A model generated the notes under the pieces. That model was not told the origin of the DNA and searched no databases. It worked only from the letters and a program-made list of their open reading frames with translations. This document shows positions 27,801 to 40,730 of a stretch of DNA of 64,000 nucleotides, one piece after another. Each line of letters begins with the position of its first letter. The stretch's first letter is position 1. The position numbers and the translations under genes were made by a program. Source of the stretch: an uncultured Chloroflexia bacterium (lineage in GTDB: Bacteria; Chloroflexota; Anaerolineae; CG2-30-64-16); contig CAVZDU010000002.1 of the NCBI GenBank assembly GCA_963774265.1, forward strand, positions 480,001 to 544,000, written 5' to 3'.

Positions 27801-30800
27801 GAGTGGTGCCGAGAGGAGGCGCACCGCGCGCCTGACGAGCTGCAGATCGTCCACACCTACGACGAAAGCTTCCACATCACCGGCCTGGCGGTGCGCGAAG
27901 ACCACGGCTTGGACGTGGCCGTGGCCTACCCGAACCCGGCCGCGACCTATGACGAGAATCCGCTGTGGGAGCTGTCGTGGGGCCTGGGGCACTCGTTCAT
28001 CAATGGCCGCGACTGCGAGAACGACGCGACCATCCGCAACGACCCGGATCCTGGCATCTGCCACAATGACGGGTACCGCGACCTGGCGATCTTCGAACAG
28101 GACATGGCCGGCCACAGGATCGGCAACTCCACGATTCTTGCCCGCTTCGGCAGCAACGACCCCTCCTGGACGGGATCGCCGGCCCTCTGGAACATCAGCC
28201 AGGGCGCGCTGCGGGTGGAGAACAGGCGCTACGACACGCAGGACTCCCTCGCGAAAGTGGCAATGGAGATGACGCCCGCGATCCTCGCACAGTATCCCAC
28301 CAGCGTCAATCCCAGCTTGTTGTTCGCCCGCGAGGAGCGCTACCGCAGCGCGGGGCTGGAGGCCGGAACCCAGTCGCTGGGCCTGCTGGTGATGAGCGTT
28401 GGAGCCAGCTACGAAGAAGAAACGCTTGCCGCCATGAGCTGGGCGCCCTTCCACTACAACACGAGCCAGGGGCCGGGCGGCAAGGTGATCGGCTGGGAAG
28501 CGTATCCAATGAGTGCATACTACGATACGCTCAGCACCCGCCTCAAGAGCCACTTTCAGGCCCTTTTCCCCGAGAACGATGCGGAGACGATCGCCGGCCA
28601 GGCCGCGGTGGCCCAGGGCTACTACGTCAGCCTGTTCAACGGCATTGCAGGCCCGGTGCAGCCGTGCCCCGTGGGCGAGGTCGGGGAATCTTGCTCCGGC
28701 AACGAAGAGGGCAAGTCTCCTGAGGAGCTGGCCGAGGCCGCGGAAAAGGTCGGGGACGTGCTGGTGGACATCTCCGGCGAGATTGTCGCCGAGATGATCG
28801 AGTGGGCCAACGAATTCCTGCGCAACCACGATATGCCCCGGGGAGGCCCGGTAACTGTGTTCTTCAAGTCCCTCGGCCACGGGGCGGTTAGCTTTGTCAC
28901 TTCTCCGTGGAAGCCGTTTTTCTCGGGGGGCAAGGCGCTGGCTGCGCTGGGTGTGGGAAGTATGGTCCTGCTGGCTGCCGGCGCGATCGCGACCATCGCG
29001 CTGACCTTTGCGCTGGGCTCTGAAGTGAGCGGCGCGCAGCTCGTCCAGCGCATCCTCCTCGATGTCGGCTTTGTCCTGAACGGCATGGTCGCCGTGAGTG
29101 CCGTGCACAAATACATCCAGTCCAGGGCCAAGGTGTTCGAGGAAGTGTTCGAGGCAGGTGCGGAAGGGGCCGGCAAACATTCCTCCGCGGGCGCCATCCT
29201 GGGCGGGGTGGTCAAGCTGGTCATCCAGGGCGCCCTGCTCTGGGCCGCCTTTATCGCATCGTACAAGGTGGGAGGCATTGCCGTCGGCACCATGGTCTGG
29301 GACGATATGCTTGCTGGCACCATCGCCTGGACGGTCACGATGGTCCTGATGTTCATCATCTTCACCGCGCTGGGCCCAATCGGCGAGCTGTTCAACGCCA
29401 TCATCGCGGCGATCGACGCCCTGGCGCGGCTGATCTGCAATGCCTTGTCGGAGGACGCGCAGGAAAGCCAGTGGGGGCAGTGGCTGTGCGGTGGCATCAG
29501 CGGGGTCATCATGAACCTCATGAAGCGCTGGATCCACAGCGGGACCATCCTGGTGGAGATGGACCCTGAGGATTACGAGCGCCTGACACTGGGCAGCTTC
29601 GACGCCGGCGACCTGACCGATGCGAAACGCGGCATGACGTACGGCAACTCGGTCAAAACCAGCATCGAGGTGACCAACACCATTGACCTGGCAGAGTTTC
29701 ACTGGTCCGCTGTGGCCAGCAGCTCCCGTGAGTTCTACACCACCGACAACCTGCGCAAATCCAACTTCCGCTATGTGTGGCAGGACAAAGAGGACGCGAT
29801 CGATGAGGTACCTGTCGCTGGGCGGGATGGTCGCGCCCGGGTGGCAGGATGTCACCTCCGGGCCAGGCCGACTGGTCTACCATGACACGATCGCCTCCGA
29901 GGAGGCTTTCCCGCTGCCGCCGCCCGGGGTCAACCGGCCGATGGGAGCTCTGTACCTGTCTGAGGGCTATGCCGTGCCCGAGGCGGAGTGCTGGGGGTTC
30001 ACGTTCCTGGCGGGTTGCGGCATCTCGACGGTGAAAGGCACGGCGCACTACCCCTTCGGCGACCGGGTGAAGTTCGACGTGCTGCCTGACAGCCTCGACA
30101 GCTTTTACGCACTGCAGCCGAGCCAGGGCAAGCAGAAGCTGGCCTGGGATCCGCTCTTCCCTGCGCTGCACGACGCGGACGGCGATGGCGTCCCCTACAG
30201 CGCCGATTCCGACGACGCGCAGTGGGATGCCGACGGCGACGGCCTGTCGGACCAGTACGAGGTGGAGACCGGCAGCGACCCGTCATTGAGGGACACGGAC
30301 CGCGACGGCCTCAATGACTACCAGGAGGGCCAACTGGGCACGAACCCCCGGCTGTCCGACAGCGACGGCGATGGCCTGTACGATTGCCAGGAACGCTTCC
30401 ACCAGGTCGTCGACCCGGATCGCCTCAGCAGCACGGCCGGCGAGGTGTGCGGGCTGGCCGGCGCCTGGTCGGGCGGCTGGGAGATCGTGTATGGGACGGA
30501 CGCGGCGGGCCACCAGCTCCGCACGCGCGTCAGCTCGAACCCGACGGATGCGGACGAGGATGCGGACGGATACATCGACTCCCAAGAGAAGGTATATGGA
30601 TTCAATCCACGCGCGACGTCGCAGACCAGCATCCTCACCCTCGACTCGCAGGTCACCGGGGGATCCCCGGCGCCGGGCTCCACAAATATTTATGTCAAGC
30701 CTGGCGCCACCCTGGGATACGCGGCCAGCGTCAGGAATGAGCTAAACGCGCGCGAGGCCCAGGGCCTGCTGTGGACCGAGGGCGCGACGGTCCTGAATCA

Positions 30801-33800
30801 GGGGGGCATCCCGCCACAATCCTTCGTCCTCATGCCGCAGGAAGAGAAGACGATGGGGGGCAGCCTATCGGTGGCAGGCACCGCAGCCTCCGGAGTCTAC
30901 AGCCTGACCCAGGCCGCGGGCGCGCTCATCACCGACTGGCGCGAGCTCTCGGGCAGTGCCGACCTGTGGCTGCCCTTCGACGACGCGGCGGGAGCAGCGA
31001 CCTATACCGACAAGTCGGGCAACGTCCCGGCCAATCCTGGCCGCTGTGTAGGACCGGCGGGCTCGTGCACCATCGTAGAGGGCGGCGGCAGGTATGGCAG
31101 CGCGCTCCAGCTCAACGGCCAGGGTTATGTGTCCTCGGACGCCCGGACATCCGCGTCCGCCTTCGCGGTATCCATGTGGTTCAAGATGCCTGTACCTGCA
31201 GAGGGGGTATTTGGCAATTATGCCCTCTTCAGCACGGACGCGGCCGCGGGGCCGATCGCCTATGCCGAGGTCAGTTCCAACCAGCACTCTCCTTGCATCA
31301 TGCTGCCCCACGACACCAACCCCTCCTCCACCTATTGGGTCTCAATGTGTTACAACGACAGCAGCTTTCGCCTGGCCGATGGACAATGGCACCAATTCGT
31401 CAGCTCTTGCTCGGGCAGCCAGCTCCAGCTCTTCTTCGATGGCAAGCCGCTGGCATCGGCTGCTGTCGGCGATTGCGGAGACGCGGGAGCCGTCAGGTTC
31501 GGCGCCCCAGCCAGCGCGAGCGGCGCCCAATTCAGCGGCTTCGCGGGCCAGATCGATGATGTGCGCGTGTACCCCCGCGGCCTGACCGCCCAGGACGTGC
31601 AGGATCTCAACCTCCAACCCGTCTTCCGCATGAGCTTCGAGCAGCACACTGTCCCGGAGTGGAAAGATACGAGCAACTTCAACGCGCCCGTGGCTCCGGC
31701 CGCGTCCCCATACGCGCCGAGCGCGACTTCGGAGGGCGCGGTGGGCTGGGGCGGCGAGTTCGACGGCCAGGACAGGGTCAAGGCCGGCGACGGCACTCTC
31801 GCCAGGAGCGGCCAGCTTGACCTGGCTGGCGGCAAATTCACGCTCTCCGCCTGGCTGCGCCCGAGGGCCGGGTGCAGCACGACGGGTCGCATCCAGTCGA
31901 TACTGGGGACATACCCGGATGATGGAAACTGGAGTTGGTGGGTCCTGTACAGGACGCTTGCGGGCAACCTCGAATTCTACTTCAAGGATTCCACGAACTA
32001 TAACCGCTGGGCGAAACCGTCACTGATCGTGCCCGATAATGCCTGGACGCACCTGGTGGTCACCTATGACAAGGACGCCACCACGAGCGGCCTGGCCAGG
32101 TTCTACCTCAACGGGGAGAACAAAGAACAACTGCCCCTCGCTGGGTTTGGGGGGGAGCAGTACCCGAAACCTGCGCCGTGGCTCAGGCATTTCTTCATCG
32201 GCGCCAACAACGAGAACCACTATGCAGTGGATGCCTTCTGCGGGACCATCGACGAGGTGGAGATCTTCAACTATGTCCTGAGCGACGATGAGGTGAAGGA
32301 GCTGACGAACCGCGCCGTGTCGCTGCGCCTGCGATTCGACGAGCCGCCCGGCGTGACGGCCTTCAACGATACCAGCGCCATGCAGCGCGCGGCTGCCTGC
32401 AGCCCCCCGAACTGCCCCACGGCCGGTCTCCCCGGCCGCGACCACCGGTCAGCGGGTTTCAACGTGTCGCCCGGACACAACAGCGACACTCTGGTGCTCC
32501 CCAACTCATCGATCAATGGCTTCACCGACCGGCTGACCGTGGCAGCCTGGGTCAGGCTGAGCGCCCTGTCGCCCTTCTACCAGTATATCGCCAGCACCGC
32601 GACCAACATGACGCTGGACGGCTGGGGATTCCTTGCGTTCAAAAGCGAGCTCTGTTTCAACATGCTCGGCCGGAACAACTACTGCTCCAGCGGAGCCAAC
32701 CTGCAAGCGGGCCGTTGGCACCACGTCGCGGCGGTCCTGGATGGCGGGGCCACCAAGACCCTGCAGTTCTACCTGGACGGCCAGCCGCTCGGCGCGGCGA
32801 TCACGGGGATTTCTCCGTCGTATGGGGATACCGCGGACCGGTTCCTTATCGGCAGCGCAACCTCCAGGAGCACCGGGGAGATCACGGATTTGTGGCACGG
32901 CCTGATCGACAACCTGACGATCTTCCATCTCGCGCTAACGCCGGCCCAAATCAACGAGACGTACCATCGGGCGCCTGCGCTGCACATGCGGTTCGACGAT
33001 GCCCGCGGCGCCACGGCATTCACCGACGACGCCAACCCGGCCGGATCGGGGACCTGCTCGGGTGCGGGCTGCCCGCTGGCCGGCGAGGGGATCAAGGGGC
33101 AAATGGGCCTGGCAGCCCAGTTCGATGGGCAGATGAACCTGATCACCGTGCCGGATCACGCGGATCTGCACCTTGACCGATTCACCGTCGGCGCCTGGGT
33201 CAAGCCCTCCGCCGCGCAGAGTTCGGTCCCTGGCGAGCTCCACTACGTGTTCCGCAAGACGGACACGGGCGCCGGAAAGCTCCTGGATCTGTACCTCACC
33301 AGTGATCTCAATGCGCACGTCTCCTGGGGCTGCCAGCCCGTCTATCGAGCGGATACGGCGACGTCATTGATCAAGGATCACTGGAACCACGTGATGGCGA
33401 CCTACGACGGAGAACGGCTGTCCATCTACCTCAACGGCGCCCTGAGTGGTTCAGCGCCGGCCAGCGGGACATGCCCCAATGACAGGCCGGTGACCATCGG
33501 CAACGATGGAGCCGCGCCCGGACCGGGCACCGCGCTTGGCGGCCACCTGGATGAGCTCACCGTCTACGGACACGCGCTTTCGGCCCCTGAGATACACGAC
33601 CTGTACACGTACCAGAACGGCTGGATCGAGGACCGCAAGAGCCGTAACCTGACCGTGGACGCGGACGCTCCCACAGCCAGGGTGGTCGTGGCGGATCCGC
33701 CCTACCAGGCCAACTGGCCGGCCCAGGTCCTGATCGAGGCCAGCGATGCAACGTCGGGCGTGGATAAAGTGTGGTTGTGCGTCGGGGGAGAAAACTGCAC

Positions 33801-36800
33801 CCTTGCGCCGCACTGCGTCGACCCGGGCAGCGACTCGGCCTGGTGCCCCACCTTCAGCCCGGCCGGGCAGGGCATCTACTCGCTCGACGCCCGCGCCAAC
33901 GACCGGGTGCTTTACAGCGTCATCTCACCTGCCAGGCAGGTTTACGTGGACGATAGTGCGCCGACGGTGAGCCTGGCCGGCCCGGACAACGGCTCCTGGT
34001 ACACGGCTAGGGAGTATTCGGGCAAATCCAACACCTGGACGGTGCACTTCTCGGGCGCTGTCTCCGATCCGGCGTTGAGCGGGAGTGTGGCCGGCAGCGG
34101 CGTGCCGGCCGACGGGGTCCAGGTGACGCTGTTCCGCCGCGGACGGCGGGCTGGTGGGGACCGGCCCGCAGGCGGCCGCGGTGAGCGGTGGAGCCTGGAC
34201 GCTCGACTACCTGTTCGGCGACGCAGATCCGAGCGGCTGCTACAAGGTGGTGATCGAGGCGGTCGACCGGGTGGCGCGGATTGCCGGGCTGCCCGATGCG
34301 CAGGTCGCGCGTCACACGACCGTCGTGGAGCAACAGATCAGCGTGGACGCCGACCCGGCGCACGCCAGCATGGACTGGACCAACCTGCCCGGCGGGCAAC
34401 TCGGCCCGGCGGCAACCCTGCTGGGCGGCGCCGCATCGGCCAGGCCGGTTCCGGTGGCGCTGGCTTTCACGGGCGGAAGCAGCAGCGCACAGACCGGTCT
34501 CGTGCTGTCGTGCCAGCACGGCAACGCGGGCGGTTGGTGGCAGCCATACAACACGAAGGGCGTGACGCTCGCGGCGGGCCAGGCCTACACCTGGGGCCAG
34601 GAAGGCAAGCCCACCATCCATCGGGGCAGCTCGTGCCAGGTCCAGTTGACCACCTCCGCGCCGGGCGACGATCTCAGCGGCAGCGTGACCGTGTGCGGCC
34701 AGGAGGTGCTGGCCTGGAGCGGCGGCTTCGCTGCGCCCGGCAAGACCCTCTCCTTCACGGCTGACTCGACGAACTGCGGCGGCGGCAACGGCTGCCCCGC
34801 GGGCGTGCCGAAGGGCACGGCGGGTGTGAAGGCGGTAGACGTCAGCTTCCTGCCGGTCACGCCCGGCTCGCCGTTCTATAACGAGACGCCGCCTGCCGGG
34901 GAGGCGCTGCACCTGACGATGGATGCCGGCCTGGATGGCGGGGGAAACCCGGTCTTCCCGGACGTGTCGGCCAACAGGCTGACAGGCGCGTGCAGCGGGA
35001 CAACCTGCCCCGTCGCCGGGCAGTACGGCCACAGCGGCCGCGCGGCGCTCTTCGACGGGGTGGATGACGCGGTGACGCTGCCGAACTTCGGCGCCTTCAC
35101 CCGCGTCACGGCTTCGGCGTGGATCAACCCCTCCCGCATCACGGCGAGCCCGGTGGCGGCCATCTCCTACAAGCATGCCCAGGGGTGCGGCTTCTGGTTG
35201 GGCCTGAGTTGCGACGGCGTGCAGTGCCTCCCGCGGTTCGAGATCCAGATACTGTCGCCTAAGGGCGGCGTTTTCAACACCCCAGTCACCGGCACCGCAT
35301 CGCCGGTGCCGGTGGACGCATGGACGCACCTGGCCGCGACCTACGACGGGGCTGTCATCCGCCTTTACCGGAACGGGCAAGTGGTGGCGGATTCGCAATG
35401 GGCGGGCAGCATGGTGCAGTGTGCGCCGGGAGGCGTGGCCGCGGCCGTGGGCAGCGACCAGTCGGGCAACAGGCGATTCCCCGGGCTGATCGACGATGTC
35501 CGGGTCCTCGACCGCGGCCTGGCCGGCTCGGAGGTGAAGACACTGCTCTACACCGGCTCCGGGCCGGCCTTGGTGCTGCCCTTCGAAAACCAGTGGGCCG
35601 CGGATGGCAGCGCGCTGGGAGACACTTCGGGCTGGCAGCGGGACGCCGTCCTTGCCACCGGCAGCGGAGACGCCGGTGGCAAGGCGGTGACCGGGCAGGT
35701 GGGCCGCTACGCGCTGCAGTTCGACGGTGCGGATGACTACGCGGTCGTGCCCGACGACGACACCATAGACTTCGACACCAACCATGACTTCGCGGTCGCG
35801 GCCTGGATCAGGCCGGCTCCCGTGCAGGTCTGGACCGCCACCGTGGACAACAACGTCATCGAGAAGTGGTCTGGCGCGGGCGGCTATCCCTATTCGATCC
35901 GTTACCTCAACCAGACCGCGGGCGCCAATGCCGGCAAGATCTCCGCAGGTCGTTGGGACGGCCAGAATGATCCCTGGCTTCAGTCGACCGCACGTATCGA
36001 CGATGGCCGCTTCCATCATGTGGCCTTCGTGAAGAGTGGCAGCACCCTGGCTTTCTACGTCGACGGGGCCAGGCAGGGAGAGGGGACCGATACGACAATC
36101 GGCGCCACGGCCAACACCTCGCCGCTGTATCTCGGGCGGCGCGGCGGCACGGCGCTCCAGGGCTACTTCACCGGCAGCGTGGACGACATCCGCATCTACC
36201 CGCGCAGCCTGTCGGCGCCCGAGATCCAGGCCCTCTTCCTGACCGGCTGGCAGCCGGCAACCGTAGCGCAGAGCGGGCCGAATGTCGACAGCACCAGTTG
36301 GCAGATCGGGACGCCCAAGTGGCTGGAAGGCTCCTACCGCATCGAAGCCCGCGGCTGGGACAGCGACGGTCACACGTCACCCCCGCGCAGTCCTGTGCAG
36401 ACCTGGAGCGGCGAGGCGGACACGCTGGCCCCACGGGTGGCGCTGGTGCGCAGCCCGAGCGGCAGCGGCTACCGCTACACCACGACGGCCGAAGACTACA
36501 ACCTGGCGGGGACCGGCTTCGTGACGCCGTGCCCGAGCGACACGGCGACGGTGGCAACAAACTTCCAGTCGCCCTGGTACGTTGCAGCCTACCCGGCCAG
36601 CCCGCGGCTCTACCGGCTGGTCCAGGATTGCACGCTGGCAGCCCAGGCCGCGAGCGAGACCGCGACGGCCTGCGACACCTTCGGCAATTGCGCGACGGCC
36701 AATGTCACGGTCGCCGCGGGCGCGGCGGAGGGCGGACACGCAGGTCCGCCCCAACAGGCAGGTCCGCCCCAACAGGAGCAGGAGGTGGCCGAGGCTGCGG

Positions 36801-39800
36801 ACAGGATGAGGCTGGATTCGGAACTCGAGGGCGCGGCGGGCAGGCCTGTACGGCCCGCGCTGGCCTTCGTGCCCACGGTGCTGACGACGACGCACCTGTA
36901 TCCCCCGGCCGTGGTGGACGTCACCGGGCTGGTCACCGGGACGCGCGTCATCGAGAGCTTGGAGGTGAGCGTGGACGGCGCCAGCGGGCCGGCCATTCTC
37001 GCGCCGCCGGTCAGCAGGGATGCCGTGACTACCACCTGGCGCTTCCCCTGGCCGCTCGGCCAGCGCGCCTTGCCCGACGGCATCCAGGTCACGGCAGTGG
37101 TCACCGCGACGCAGCCGGCAGGCGGGGGGCCGGTCACAGAGGCCTCGGCGCCAGGCTCCGGCCAGGCGGCGCCAGACTCCCGCCAGGCGGAGCCGATGGT
37201 GGACGCGGCCCTGGCAGGGCCGATCGTAGCGACCGCGCAGTTGACGGTGGACGTGGCGCCGCCGGGGCCGGTTGCGCTGGCCTTGCAGAGCGGCGGGACG
37301 CCGGTGGAAGCCGGCGATACGGTGAGCGCCACCGCACCGGAGCTGGTCTTGACCTGGCCTGCCGCCACCGACGGCAGCGGGGTGGCGGGATACGAGGTGC
37401 GCTGGAGCGCGGAGAGCGGCGGCGTCACGACGCAGTCCGCGCGCTCCATCGGGCCGGGCGGCCCGTTGGAGGATCGCTACACCGCGGGCGAGGCCCAGAG
37501 GCTGACGGTAGACCTGGCGAGCCGGGATCGCTACGGCAACACGGCCTGGCAGGAGCTGGGGCCGGTCTATGCGGACGGCCCGCTCACACCGGACTACATT
37601 GCCCTGGACGATCGCCCCTACGAAGGCTGGCAGGAGAGCGGTTGCAGCCTCTTGGGCGCAGACCGGCGCGTGGAGCGCCGATTGGACGGGCAGACGCAGC
37701 GGCTGTACGCCACCTGGGACCAGGGGGCGCTGCGGCTGGCCTGGACCGGGGCGAGCTGGAGCGGCGACGGCGACCTGTTCGTGTACCTGGACACCGGGGA
37801 GGGCGGCACGAACGACCTCCACAACCCGGGCGGGCCGGCAGAGGACAGCGGGGCGGTCCACATGTCGAACCAGGCCATGCAGGCCGACTACGTGGTGTGG
37901 GTGCAGGATGCCCGTACTGCGACGCTGCTGCGTTGGGACGGCAGCGGCTGGGTTCCGGCCGGTCCCGGCCTGAAGATGCACTTCGATGCGGGGCGGGAGG
38001 GCGGCCAGACCGATCTCTACCTGCCCTTCGACCTGATCGGCGCGAGCCCGGCCTCCCCGCTGGGGCTGCTGGCCGTGGCCGCCGAAGAGCCCGTACCAGG
38101 CCAGGAGCTGCGGTTGTGGGCGACCCTGCCGATGTTCAACCCGGTCAACAGCCCGCGGGTCAACCGGATGCTGGCCTTCCTGCCGGCCCTGTCAGAGCTG
38201 TCTCTCAGGCTGGCCTACCGCTGGCCCTCGCTGGGCGACGGCGACTGCCCAAACAGGGGGACCTTTGGCTATTTCGGCGACGTGGATCCGCAGCTCAGCA
38301 TCGAGTCCGACCCGTCGGGCATCGGGCTGAGCGGGCTGGGCCGCGGCCTGTTCTGGTTGACGGAGTCGCTCCTGGCCAACGCGGGGGTGGCGGATGCGCC
38401 GGCGCTGGAGTTCGTGCGGCCCGCGCATCAACCGGTGGATCTCGGGCAGACGATCCACTATACGGTGCGTTACCGCAACGCGGGCACGGAGACGCAGTAC
38501 GGCGTGCGGCTGGCGCTGAACAGCTACGGCGTGGCCCTGGCAAGCAACACGGTCGACCTGGGCGACGTGCCGCCCGGCGCCGAAGCGCAGGCAACGTTCG
38601 ACGGCCAGGTGACCGGGACCGGCCCCAGGGGCAGGTACGCGGCAGTCCATGGCCTGTTGTACGATGCGGCGCATTACGATGCGGCGCACGGGGAGGGGGA
38701 CGCGCTGGAGTGGCTGTGGGCCGCGCATCGCGTCGACCAGGGCGCGCCCGCAACGCTGGACATCAGCCGGCTCGGGCAGACAGTCGGCCCGCGCCTGGCG
38801 GCCCTGACCGGCTTCGCTTTCGATGAATCGGGCGTGCGCAGCATCGAGGTGGAGATCACGGGGCCGAACGGGACGAGGACGATCACGTGCCCGGTCGAGC
38901 GCCCGGCCGAAGGGCGCTGGGGGTGCACCTGGGATATAAGCGGAGGCGCACTGCCGGACGGGACACCGTTCACGCTGCGAGCCCGGGCGATCGACCTCCT
39001 GGGCCACGCGGGCGAGTGGAGCAGTCCGCACACCATGCTGCTGGACGCGCGGCCGCCCGAGCTGCAGGTGAGCTCGCGGCTGACCGAGACGATGGCGTTG
39101 GGCGGAGGGAGCCTGTTCGGGTTCGCGCTGGATGGCAGCGGCATCGCGGGCGTTCAGGCCTGCGTGGACGGCAAGTGCGAGCGAGTGAGCTTGCTGGCCG
39201 CGGATGCGGGCTCGGCGCGCTGGAAATACCGGCTGCCGGCCGGCTCATTCGACTACGACAGCAAGACCCTGACGCTTTATAGCACGGACAAGGTGGGCAA
39301 CCGGACCGAGGCGCTGCAGACCTCCCTGACACTGGACAATGTCCCGCCGCAGCTCCAGGCCACGCAGGTGCTGCTGCAGGAGGCGCTGGGCGAACGGCAT
39401 GTGGTGCTGGAGGGCACGGTGCTGGACGGCGGGCCGGACCCACGGGCATTCGTGCGGGTGCAGGCGCCCGACGGTGCGCAGTCGTGGCAGAACACGGCGC
39501 GCGATGGCGATCGGTGGACGTACGAGCTGGCGGGGGAGATGCCGGGTCGCTACCTGCTGTGGCTGCGTGCCACAGACCAGGCTGGCAACGAGCGAACGAT
39601 GGGACCGTACGCAGTCGATGTAACCTGCACGGATGCGGCATTGGTGACGACGCTGCAGGCGCAGGGAAGCGGGATCGGCAGCGACTACTCGCTGACCGCG
39701 GTGATCACAAACACCGGTCCGGCCGCATTGCCGGCCGGCGTACCGGTGGCGTTCTTTGCCGGCGAGACGCTCCTCGACGCGGGACAGCTCCTGCCGGTGC

Positions 39801-40375
39801 TGGAGGCCGGGCAGTCGGGCACGGTCAGCGCTCAATGGACCCGGCCCGGGGCGGACGGCTACGAGCTCAGCGCGGTCGTCAACGAGCCGCAAACCGAGGT
39901 ACTGTGCGCCACGCCGCCCATGGCCAAGGCGTGGGTCGGCACGGATGTGGATCTGCGCATCAGCAAGACGGTGCAGCCCGCGATAGCTGTGCCCGGCTCG
40001 GTGATCACCTACACGCTGGTTTACAGCAACGCAGGCGCGGACCTGGCCACCGGCGTCGTGATCTCCGACCCGCTGCCGCTCGAGATCCTGGCTCCGGCCT
40101 ACCAGTCTACGGGCGCGGAGATCACGCCGGTGGACGGCGCGCCGGACTTCGCCTGGTCGGTGGCGGATCTCGCGGGCGGGGAGGGTGGTCAGATCGTGAT
40201 CACGGGGACCGTCGATCCGGCGGTGACGCCGCCGATGACGCTCACGAACACCGTGACGATCACGGCGCCGTGGGATGCGCCGGACGGCAGCGTGGCCCGC
40301 GTCGAGCTGCGGGTTGTGGACGAAGTCGGACCGCTGGAGCCCAGGGTCTGGCTTCCCTGGGTCGTCCGCCAGTAA
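24881..40375 (+). CDS. Giant (~5160 aa) secreted/surface multidomain protein: signal/TM, TM pair, Ca-binding DxDxDG repeats, hydrophobic helix cluster, 6 LamG, Ig-like, DUF11; three +1 frameshifts
   Basis: Track ORFs 24881-25651, 24906-29885, 29683-34764 and 34154-40375 join by removing one base each at ~25414 (EILIEDG), ~29807 (DEYLSLGG) and ~34135 (LFAADGGLVG); LamG motifs such as WTHLAATYDG and IDDVRV; DUF11 DLRISKT..YTLVYSNAG; ends VWLPWVVRQ. Confidence 0.8.
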
Positions 40376-40387
40376 GGAACCCGGAGC

Positions 40388-40437
40388 CCAGTGGCTGCCG
40401 CCGGTCTGGCTATGCAAGTGCCGGCGGCAGCCACTGG
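40388..40437 (+). terminator. Perfect 17-bp inverted repeat after the giant gene (terminator-like hairpin without U-tract)
   Basis: ccagtggctgccgccgg-16 nt-ccggcggcagccactgg, beginning 13 nt after the stop. Confidence 0.55.
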
Positions 40438-40581
40438 CGACATCGGCGGCATGGCCTGGATCGTTCGCAACTGCGGCAGGCCGGGGCATGCCCGCGCCCT
40501 GTACTGATCGCTGCTGACCGGGGGAAGCCGCCTCACGCTACACGACTTGAGCGAAGCACACGGCTCAGGATTGAGACACAG

Positions 40582-40610
40582 TTGCAGTTGAGGCACCTGT
40601 CGGCTAAAAT
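40582..40610 (+). promoter_or_regulatory. Candidate sigma70-type promoter for the desaturase
   Basis: TTGCAG-17 nt-TAAAAT about 120 nt upstream of ATG 40731. Confidence 0.35.
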
Positions 40611-40730
40611 GGAGGTGCGATCGGGGTGATGCACGATCGCAACCCTCGCGTTTGATGTCATTTTTGGTTCTGCCAGCCGACCTATGCCCAGGCGCCGAAC
40701 CCTGGGTTGATCGCCAAGAGGAGAACGACA

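Noticed and set aside
25400-34150. Programmed frameshifting or phase variation in the giant gene
   Set aside because: The sites are only 2-3-base runs with no slippery heptamer or SSR, and similar indels hit housekeeping genes, so sequencing error is more likely
36298-38826. 842-aa alternative-frame ORF inside the giant gene
   Set aside because: Arg/Gly/Ala-rich off-frame product of GC codon bias
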